Assembly (NCBI GenBank): GCA_043743635.1
Contig: JAYTWC010000571.1
Span: 1-37,308, forward strand
DNA: 37,308 nt
Origin: Verrucomicrobiota bacterium
GTDB taxonomy: Bacteria > Verrucomicrobiota > Verrucomicrobiia > Opitutales > Opitutaceae
Direction of reading: 5' to 3'
Below, in pieces: positions 17,466-25,251 of the stretch. The first letter of the stretch is position 1. Each line of letters starts with the position of its first letter. The position numbers and the translations under genes are program-made. Under the pieces are notes generated by a model, which had not been told where the DNA came from, made no database searches, and worked only from the letters and a program-made list of their open reading frames with translations.

Positions 17466-19408
17466 ATATACGCGATATCGTAATCTACAGCCACACCGGC
17501 GACATCAGGCGGATCACCTTCAAGATTCACGGCCTCAACATCATCACCGGCCGATCTTCTACCGGCAAATCGGCGCTCTCGGACATCGTCGAATATTGCA
17601 TGGGGCGCAGCGACTTTAATATCCCCGAAGGTCCCATCCGGGACAAAGTTGCTTGGTATGCAGTGATTTTCCAGTTTAGCGGCGAACAAGTCTTGATCGC
17701 CAAACCTGCCCCGGCATCCAACGCAGCCAACTGTTCGAGAGCCATGATCCTGCGTGGTGCAGCGATTGAGCCACCCACATTGGGGGAGCTGAACCAGAAT
17801 TCAGACGATGAGGGGGTCAATTCGCTGCTGTCGGAATTGCTCGGCATACCCGTGGCAAAAACCGAGGTACCGGAAAAACAAAGTCGGGCTTCCTACTTCG
17901 CGTCGATCAAGCATACGCTGTTTTACCTCTTCCAAAAGCAAGGACTCATCGCCAACAAGGATCAGCTCTTTTATCGGCAGAGTGAGCCCTTCATACCGCA
18001 GACGATAAAAGACACGATGCCCATTCTGCTCGGATTGGCTGCGGACAAGCGCCTAGAAACAGACCAGAAACTTCGAATTGCCCGGCGCGATCTCAAGATC
18101 GCGCAGAAACAGTGGTCCGAAGCCGAGCAATTCAGCGAGCAACTAAGCATGCGCGCTATTGGACTCATTTCGGAGGCGCAGCAGGTGGGCATCTTGGCTC
18201 GCCGTCCAATCCCTGCCCAATCTACTGAAGCCCTGGAAGTTCTAACCGCCATCACGCAGTGGAAGCCCACCGCCATCCCCGAAGAGGATACACGTCGGAT
18301 CGCCGGGCTGGAGGACGAGATCGCAGCTCTGCGTAGGGAAAGAATCGGTGTCAGCGAAACGCTCCGGGCGACGCAGCTATTCACTGACAAAGAGGTCGGA
18401 TTTACCAACGAGGCCAACGAACAGAAAAGTCGATTGGAATCCATCCACGCACTACCTAAGCATCCCGAGACCGGTAAATGGCAATGGCCCTTCGCCCAAA
18501 AAGATCTAGGGCTCGATACCCCGATTGGAGCTGCATTGCTTCGCGAACTTGAGTCGTTGGATCAAGAATTAAATACCGTGCAAGGCGAGCGGCCGCATCT
18601 GGAACAATATACTCTCCAAGTGCACGCTCAGCTCGACGAACTGAACCAGCAGATGAAGAGTAAAACCGAGGCTCTCGACGCAGCCATCGCCGCCAACGCA
18701 GCCATCGCTGAAATGGGGAACCGAAATGCGGCTGCGGCAAGGATTGTGGGGCGAGTGAGCTTGTTTATGGAAACATATCGACCCGATGATGATCTCACTG
18801 GATTGAAGAAGCGAATGGAGGAATTGCAGGAAATCGTTGAACGATTGGAGAAGGCCACTGGTGTAGATGACGGCGCAGAGCGCCTCGCATCGACGATCAA
18901 CATCATCTCTAATCGTATCAGTCGCTATGTTAAGGAACTGGAAGCAGAATTTTCTGAGTTCCCCTTCCGTTTTGATCTAAACCACTTGACCGTAGTGGCC
19001 GATCGACCGGAGCGGCCGGTGCCTATGAACAAAACCGGCGGCGGAGCCAATCATTTGGCCTATCATTTGGGAGCGTTGCTCGCGTTACATCACTTCACTT
19101 CGAACAACCACAAGCCCATGCCGGCTTTTCTCTTTTTGGATCAGCCTACGCAGGTCTATTTTCCATCCGAGCAGGTATACAAGTCAGCGGCTGGTTCGGT
19201 TGAGGAAACGGAACGGGATTCAGATTTGGAGAAGGTGAGAAAACTATTTGCTATGCTCTACGACTTCACAACCAAGGAGGCTCCGGGATTCCAGATAATC
19301 GTTACCGAGCATGCCAATCTCCGAGATCAATGGTTCCAAGATTCCATCGTCGAAACTCCATGGACTAAGCCGCCTGCGCTGGTCCCGTCCGAATGGCCTA
19401 ATTTTTAA
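17462..19408 (+). CDS. ABC-3C ABC/SMC-like ATPase (DUF3732 family)
   Basis: 648 aa with ATGA overlap to the upstream gene. Walker A is GRSSTGKSA, followed by a long coiled-coil insert. C-terminal signature/Walker B region: GGGANHLAYHLGALLAL...FLFLDQPTQVYFP. Confidence 0.75.
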   Translation: MNIRDIVIYSHTGDIRRITFKIHGLNIITGRSSTGKSALSDIVEYCMGRSDFNIPEGPIRDKVAWYAVIFQFSGEQVLIAKPAPASNAANCSRAMILRGAAIEPPTLGELNQNSDDEGVNSLLSELLGIPVAKTEVPEKQSRASYFASIKHTLFYLFQKQGLIANKDQLFYRQSEPFIPQTIKDTMPILLGLAADKRLETDQKLRIARRDLKIAQKQWSEAEQFSEQLSMRAIGLISEAQQVGILARRPIPAQSTEALEVLTAITQWKPTAIPEEDTRRIAGLEDEIAALRRERIGVSETLRATQLFTDKEVGFTNEANEQKSRLESIHALPKHPETGKWQWPFAQKDLGLDTPIGAALLRELESLDQELNTVQGERPHLEQYTLQVHAQLDELNQQMKSKTEALDAAIAANAAIAEMGNRNAAAARIVGRVSLFMETYRPDDDLTGLKKRMEELQEIVERLEKATGVDDGAERLASTINIISNRISRYVKELEAEFSEFPFRFDLNHLTVVADRPERPVPMNKTGGGANHLAYHLGALLALHHFTSNNHKPMPAFLFLDQPTQVYFPSEQVYKSAAGSVEETERDSDLEKVRKLFAMLYDFTTKEAPGFQIIVTEHANLRDQWFQDSIVETPWTKPPALVPSEWPNF

Positions 19409-19455
19409 ATGTCCTTCCAAACGCCATCGCCGATGCACTGGAGAACATTGAGTAG

Positions 19456-19575
19456 TTGGCCCAAAGCCGCCTCGAACTCGACCTCAACGACGGCGCAAAG
19501 GTCAACAATCTCAAACTCGGCGAATCCCTCTCGCATCAACCGTCCAGAGGTAAAAAAACTGATTGGTCATCCTAG
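19456..19575 (+). pseudogene. Relic 3' end of a pglX-type methyltransferase gene (40 codons including stop)
   Basis: Reads LAQSRLELDLNDGAKVNNLKLGESLSHQPSRGKKTDWSS* and is about 90% identical at nt level to 15660-15737. It is immediately preceded by an in-frame TAG (19453-19455). Its stop lies 9 nt before the next gene's start. Confidence 0.75.
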
Positions 19576-19596
19576 ACTGCCCCAATGACTAATCAG
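19559..19596 (+). promoter_or_regulatory. 12-bp stem / 14-nt loop hairpin that sequesters the start codon of the 19585 gene
   Basis: CUGAUUGGUCAU (19559-19570) pairs with AUGACUAAUCAG (19585-19596), giving 11 Watson-Crick pairs plus one G-U. The right arm begins with the AUG. Confidence 0.4.
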
Positions 19597-20541
19597 CAGC
19601 GCATTGAAGATTTCCTTCAACCCAAACCTAGCGGTTGGTGTGACAAATGCCTGTCCATTGAACTTACCATAACGCCGACCAATCAAGTGAACGGCATATG
19701 TGCTAAGTCCCAGCTGATTTGTCGGTCGGTTGGGGTCTGTGATGGTTGCGGCGAGAATCGACAGATTAACACATTTAGACCTGACTCAGATCCGATTTCG
19801 CCCCCGCCGCGAAAACCGAAACAGGCAAAGACTAAGGTGGAAAATTACCTGCGTGAGGAAGACATCAAGGAGAGGATCAATAGCACACTGGTCGAAGCAC
19901 TCGGAATACCTGCGCAAGACTACTATTCTCAAATGGGGTTTTGTAATCTCCTCCTGCTGAAATCCGGCCTCGCTCGCATTCACGATATAATCACCCTGAA
20001 ACTCACCCTGGCACTGGTGGAACGGATGGGGCAGCGATTCAATCTCGACGAAGCCGCGTTGGCCAAACTCAGGCAATCCGTGAGCGGGATCCATCCGAAT
20101 GCCGCAGGATTTGATCTTGATATCAAAGACCCCAACCTCATCGGCGAAGTGAAGGGGAATATTCCGGTGAACAAAGGATCGACCTTTGGCGCAGACCAAC
20201 TCAAGGGGCTGAGAAACGACGTGCTTCAAATGCTAGGCCATCCTGCTCGGGCCAATGAAAAGAACGAGCCATCTGAACGAGCTAAAATCAATCGTGCCGG
20301 GCGTGATAAAGCCATCAAAGTCCTCGGTCTTTACGACTCGCCTGAAGTGAGAGCAGCCACCGACAAGTGGCGAAAGAGCCTCATGGCCTCACCAGCGTGG
20401 AAGCCGCTGAGCGTCTTCTCGATTCAGGAACTACCAGAAACCGGCAATCTCTCGCCTGATATCGTTTACCTCATATATCTCACGCCGAAGCATGGGATAG
20501 ATCCAATCACGTCTAGCCTCGCAACAAAGGAGAATGAATGA
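19585..20541 (+). CDS. Hypothetical protein: N-terminal Zn-ribbon (CDKC...CDGC) plus PD-(D/E)xK-like motif
   Basis: 318 aa. The candidate nuclease core is GFDLDIKDPNLIGEVKGNIP (D ... E-x-K). Its stop overlaps the start of the DUF262 gene (ATGA at 20538). Confidence 0.55.
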   Translation: MTNQQRIEDFLQPKPSGWCDKCLSIELTITPTNQVNGICAKSQLICRSVGVCDGCGENRQINTFRPDSDPISPPPRKPKQAKTKVENYLREEDIKERINSTLVEALGIPAQDYYSQMGFCNLLLLKSGLARIHDIITLKLTLALVERMGQRFNLDEAALAKLRQSVSGIHPNAAGFDLDIKDPNLIGEVKGNIPVNKGSTFGADQLKGLRNDVLQMLGHPARANEKNEPSERAKINRAGRDKAIKVLGLYDSPEVRAATDKWRKSLMASPAWKPLSVFSIQELPETGNLSPDIVYLIYLTPKHGIDPITSSLATKENE

Positions 20542-22733
20542 GCGTCTCCTCTGCCATCGACCCGACGGCGGGGCCTTCCAGTTTTGCTCTGCCACTACGG
20601 CATATCGCCTCCTGGCATGACATCCCTGAAATCACCGAACGTCCGCAGCCACGAGCAAGCGTGCCCGTGTTGCAACGCGGCCTCGTTTGGAACCCTGCGC
20701 AGATCGAATTACTTTGGGACTCGATTCTTCGAGGATTCCCAATCGGAGCGTTAGTTTTGAGCGCCAAAATATCGGGGCAAACCAAGGCCAATGAAGAGAC
20801 AAGAACCGATATCACACATCATTTGCTAGATGGGCAACAACGATGCGATGCTATCGCGCTTGGTTATAAAGATCCGTTCGGCACCTTGCATGGACAATCT
20901 GAAAGCAAAGCCGGCACATCCATTCTTTGGCTTGATCTCGATCCCCTAAAAAATCAGTGGAGCACGCGGGAATTCGTCGTCCGCCTGACCACGCCCTCGC
21001 ACCCGTGGGGTTATACGCGAAACGATGATGCCTTTCCGCTCGGCGCACAAATCATCCGGGAAGCTCTGAAACGTATCGGCCAAAATCCTGCGGCAGAAAA
21101 TTACCGGCGGCCGACACCCGCCGAGCTTTGTCCTCAAGCTGCGAAAACACCAGTACCCTTGGCCTGGCTGCTCCTCAATGGGCAAGAGGCTGATTTTTGG
21201 GGCACTCTGCTCACGCACTTACCGGAGAAGGATGATTTGCCGTGGCACGGCAGCCTCCGCGATTTCCTTAAGGACCCAGAGAAAGAGCCGCAACGTACAC
21301 GTATTTTGAATGCGGTCCGGCGAATCGAGCACACCAGAATCATTGGCCTATGTGCGCCAAATTTGGACTTGGATTCCCGGCAGGAGACTGAGAGTGCGCC
21401 CGAGCGCGCCAATATTTCCAGTATCGAGCACCTCTTTCAGCGGCTCAATCAGCAAGGCACTCCGCTCGACGGTGAGGAGCTGGCCTACTCTATGATCAAG
21501 GCCTACTGGCCGGAGCTCGCAAGTCCCATAGACACAATCGAGAAACCGATGCCTGCCACTCGGCTAATTTCACTTGGTATCCGCGCCGCATTGGCTGGAG
21601 AGAATCGCGAACACCTTCCCGCCGCCTTGGGAGTAAGCCAAATCCGCAAGTTGGCGGGCAAACAGGATGACCGGACATCGCTCGTATATAAATACATTAA
21701 CAATGACCTGGCGCACGGGTGCAAACGGGTGAGCCAATGGCTGCGCTACGATGCAGAGCTAAACCCGAGTGGGCTCCTTCCGGTGCATATCGCCTGTATA
21801 GCCCATGACTCGCCGGACCTTTTCCTGCTGCTACTAACCTTCGCCCAACGCCCAGACACAGATTGGCAGATCCCAGAGTCAGAGCGAGCGCGTTGCATAC
21901 AAGCCATGGCTACAGTCGTGCATTGGTTCGGTCGCGACAAACCGGCCATTGCCAACCGCCTTTTTGCGGCCTGCGGAGAGCACATCACCCACCAAAAGAT
22001 CCAACTCGCTTTAGCCGGGGCGCTGCAAGCGGGCCACCTCCGCCCTGTCCACTCTCCGAAGACAGTCGAGGCCTTTTTCCATGAAATGCCTCAGACCGTC
22101 CTTCTGAATTGGAACTGGGGGACCATAGGACATGGCGACAAGTCTGACGAAGAGCGTAAGAAAATCTGGGATCGCTGGGGCGAGTTTCTCTGGTTCAGAG
22201 ACAAGAAAGAGCTGCTCGTGTATGCCCAACGCGATTTTCTCCATCGGCGATTTCCCGAATACGATCCGGCCCGGAAAGATTTTTGGAAGGGCCACAACCG
22301 TCCGTGGGATTACGACCACATCCTGGCCAATACCTACGTTCACGGTAAGCAGGGTGATTATAAAAGCGCTTGTGCGGAATGGGTGAACACCATTGGAAAT
22401 TTCCGAGCTTGGCCGATGGAGGACAATCGTTCGGATCAAGAGGAGACCGCGCAGAAGAAAGTACCGGAGACCGATGCGACATCGAAAACAAACTCGCGAA
22501 GAGACAGTTTTCTCGAAAACGATAACCTCGCTGCATTCTCTCAGGGGCACGAGACAAGGAAGAAACCGGAACTCGCGGCGGCTTTCATCGCAGCCTGCCG
22601 CGATCGAATGCTCAGAATCTATCGGACTTGGTATGAATCGGTCGGAGTTGCAGATTTGATCACCCCAGATCAAAAACCTACTCGTGCCATTGAATCACAC
22701 CCAACCTCACTGATCGCTTCGGCGACGCCTTAA
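20538..22733 (+). CDS. DUF262/DUF1524 protein, GmrSD-family type IV restriction enzyme (BrxU-like)
   Basis: 731 aa. The N-terminal DUF262 motifs are LQRGLVWNPAQIELLWDSILRGFPIG and DGQQR. The C-terminal His-Me finger-like region is WDYDHILA...NTIGNFRAWPMEDNRSD. The position inside a BREX locus parallels BrxU. Confidence 0.8.
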   Translation: MSVSSAIDPTAGPSSFALPLRHIASWHDIPEITERPQPRASVPVLQRGLVWNPAQIELLWDSILRGFPIGALVLSAKISGQTKANEETRTDITHHLLDGQQRCDAIALGYKDPFGTLHGQSESKAGTSILWLDLDPLKNQWSTREFVVRLTTPSHPWGYTRNDDAFPLGAQIIREALKRIGQNPAAENYRRPTPAELCPQAAKTPVPLAWLLLNGQEADFWGTLLTHLPEKDDLPWHGSLRDFLKDPEKEPQRTRILNAVRRIEHTRIIGLCAPNLDLDSRQETESAPERANISSIEHLFQRLNQQGTPLDGEELAYSMIKAYWPELASPIDTIEKPMPATRLISLGIRAALAGENREHLPAALGVSQIRKLAGKQDDRTSLVYKYINNDLAHGCKRVSQWLRYDAELNPSGLLPVHIACIAHDSPDLFLLLLTFAQRPDTDWQIPESERARCIQAMATVVHWFGRDKPAIANRLFAACGEHITHQKIQLALAGALQAGHLRPVHSPKTVEAFFHEMPQTVLLNWNWGTIGHGDKSDEERKKIWDRWGEFLWFRDKKELLVYAQRDFLHRRFPEYDPARKDFWKGHNRPWDYDHILANTYVHGKQGDYKSACAEWVNTIGNFRAWPMEDNRSDQEETAQKKVPETDATSKTNSRRDSFLENDNLAAFSQGHETRKKPELAAAFIAACRDRMLRIYRTWYESVGVADLITPDQKPTRAIESHPTSLIASATP

Positions 22734-22746
22734 ATTCGATTCCCGC

Positions 22747-25251
22747 ATGAAGCGCATCCACGAAAGCCTCAAACTCGTTCTCCAGCGCCACCGGCTCGTT
22801 TTCTGGTATGACGCGACCCGCGAATGGGAGAAAGCCTACGAAGCCTTCGTTGCCGACGGAGTGCGTAAAATCACAGTCGCGGGCACGGAGTTTGGCGCCA
22901 AAGTTGCCATCCATCGTGCACCCGAGGAACGGTTCCTCGTCTATCTACCCAGCGCCCGCCCCCTCGATGCGGACAACTGGCTGCTCGATCTCTTGCTCCA
23001 GGGTCATGAGTACAAAGCCGATCGCGCTTCACTCGCATTGCAGGATGTCGGTCTTCCCTACGAACTGCGGCCCGTGATCGAGGCGCATGTGAGCTTTTTC
23101 GATTCGCCCAAACGAATTGAGACGTTGCGCGGATTGCTCGTGTCAAACGAGGAGCCTGCCTCCCTTCGGCGAAAGCTCATGGCGGTAGCGGCTGGTTCAA
23201 CTTTGCCCGAGATTGATGCCGTGTTGCTGGCCTTCCTCGCCCGCACTCAAGAAGCTCAAGGCAACGACCTGGTCGATATGGTACAAGGAACATTTGGCGG
23301 TTTTGGCTTGACCGTTCCGTTTTGGCGAGAGGTAAACCTCGCTTTCAGCTACGAAAGTGAAACGCCGTCACTGAAGGACTTTTCGCGGTCGCTCTTTCGG
23401 GCCGCCAACCCACTCGACCACGGGATAAAGCTGAGCGCACACGCGCAGGTGTTTCTCCAACACTGGAAAGACAGCCAGGCATTTAGTCCCGCCTATCGTC
23501 GTTGGGCCGCGCTGATGGAAAGCGAACTCAACCTTGACCATCAGCTGGACGCCCTGGATGACATGCGGCTGCTCGGCAATTGTGATGCCTTTCCTCTGAT
23601 GGAACGCTACGTTTTGCATCGGCTTTGCGGAGCGTTTGAGACCGACAGCCTGTCCAGCACCGAGCTACTGGCCCGCATCCAACAACGAAAGAGCTCTTTT
23701 TGGTACAGCGATCACCGTCACGGTTACGCCGCGCTGGAGCAGGCCATCGACCTTAAGCAACGGCTCGCTGGTGCTGAGTTAAGAATCGAGTCAATCGACG
23801 TCGGTATTCAGCGGTACACGACAACGTGGCATCGCATCGATACGGCCTATCGCAAGTTTCACTTCCATGCGCGCAGCTACGGTCAGATCGGGCTTTTGGG
23901 CCGAATTGCCGAACGAGTTGAAAAGACCTATCTGGCTAACTTCTTGCTACCGCTAGCAGATCGCTGGGGCGACCAAGTTGCAAAGCTGCCAGCGTGGCCA
24001 GGAGAGGTTTCGGTGGCGAAGCAGGTGGATTTCTACGACCGCTACGTGAAGCCATTTGTCGAGAAGGGACAAAAGGTCTGCGTTATTATTTCTGACGCAC
24101 TTCGATACGAGATCGGTGTGGAACTGATGGAGCGTCTGCTTGCCGAAAACCGGTGGAAAGCGGAAATCGAGCCCCTGTTAGGCGTATTGCCAAGTTATAC
24201 CCAGCTCGGCATGGCCGCACTTCTACCTGGATCGGTTCGGTCGATAAATCTCGATACCCGCACGGTGACAATCGACGGCAAGTCTTCCGCTGGCACTGAA
24301 GCCAGAAATGAAATTCTCGCGGCCGCAGTTTCATCACCGGCGGGTGCGTTGAAGGCAGAGGATTTCATGGAGATGAATACCGGGACCGAAGCTCGCGCCG
24401 TGATCCGTGATCACCAAGTCATCTACATCTACCACAATGTCATTGATGACACCGGGGACAAACTCGCCACCGAAGCACAGACCACCGAGGCGATCGAAGA
24501 GGCACTCGATGGTCTGCTAAAGCTGATAAAAAAAGCAGTGAATGCTAACGCCAGCCAGATACTGCTCACCGCCGACCACGGGTTTCTATTTCAACAAACT
24601 GATGTTTCAGAGACGGACGACTTACCGCTTCCTTCGGCCGAGTGGCTCTTCCCCCACCGGCGTTTCGCACTCGGACGCAACCTCAGGTCTTCAACGGGGG
24701 TAAAGACTTTCACCGCCGAGGCGCTCGGTCTGACCGGCGACTTTGTCGCGGCCTTCCCGCTGGCACTCGGACGATTTCCACTAAAAGGATCTGGCAAACG
24801 ATTCGTCCACGGAGGCTTCAGCCTACAGGAAGTGCTGGTGCCGGTTCTGCGTATCCATAAAACCCGTACAGACGACACTGAACGCGTCGAAATCGACCTG
24901 CTCCGAGCTCCAACCAAGATCACGACGGGACGCGTGTCGCTCACGCTTTACCAAGACCGACCGACAGCGACTAAGGTGCTCGGCCGTAACCTACGTGTGG
25001 GTATCTTCACAGTGGATGGAGTAGCCATCTCGGAACTCAAAACACTCGCGTTTGACTCAACTGAGGCAGAGGCGCGCCAGCGTGAAACCGTGATCGATTT
25101 GGCGCTCTCCCGTGCGGCCGATCCTTTCAACGGGAAAGAAGTCGAGATCCGCATTGAGGAAGTGACCGCCGGCAACCAGAATGCCCTGCCCTATAAATAC
25201 CACCGCCTGAAATTGCAGAAACCATTCGCAACCGACTTCGATGAGCTCTGA
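22747..25251 (+). CDS. pglZ: BREX alkaline-phosphatase-superfamily protein PglZ
   Basis: 834 aa. The N-terminus has RLVFWYD. PglZ-domain motifs are VCVIISDALRYEIG and LLTADHGF. It is followed by brxL with an 11-nt overlap. Confidence 0.9.
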   Translation: MKRIHESLKLVLQRHRLVFWYDATREWEKAYEAFVADGVRKITVAGTEFGAKVAIHRAPEERFLVYLPSARPLDADNWLLDLLLQGHEYKADRASLALQDVGLPYELRPVIEAHVSFFDSPKRIETLRGLLVSNEEPASLRRKLMAVAAGSTLPEIDAVLLAFLARTQEAQGNDLVDMVQGTFGGFGLTVPFWREVNLAFSYESETPSLKDFSRSLFRAANPLDHGIKLSAHAQVFLQHWKDSQAFSPAYRRWAALMESELNLDHQLDALDDMRLLGNCDAFPLMERYVLHRLCGAFETDSLSSTELLARIQQRKSSFWYSDHRHGYAALEQAIDLKQRLAGAELRIESIDVGIQRYTTTWHRIDTAYRKFHFHARSYGQIGLLGRIAERVEKTYLANFLLPLADRWGDQVAKLPAWPGEVSVAKQVDFYDRYVKPFVEKGQKVCVIISDALRYEIGVELMERLLAENRWKAEIEPLLGVLPSYTQLGMAALLPGSVRSINLDTRTVTIDGKSSAGTEARNEILAAAVSSPAGALKAEDFMEMNTGTEARAVIRDHQVIYIYHNVIDDTGDKLATEAQTTEAIEEALDGLLKLIKKAVNANASQILLTADHGFLFQQTDVSETDDLPLPSAEWLFPHRRFALGRNLRSSTGVKTFTAEALGLTGDFVAAFPLALGRFPLKGSGKRFVHGGFSLQEVLVPVLRIHKTRTDDTERVEIDLLRAPTKITTGRVSLTLYQDRPTATKVLGRNLRVGIFTVDGVAISELKTLAFDSTEAEARQRETVIDLALSRAADPFNGKEVEIRIEEVTAGNQNALPYKYHRLKLQKPFATDFDEL

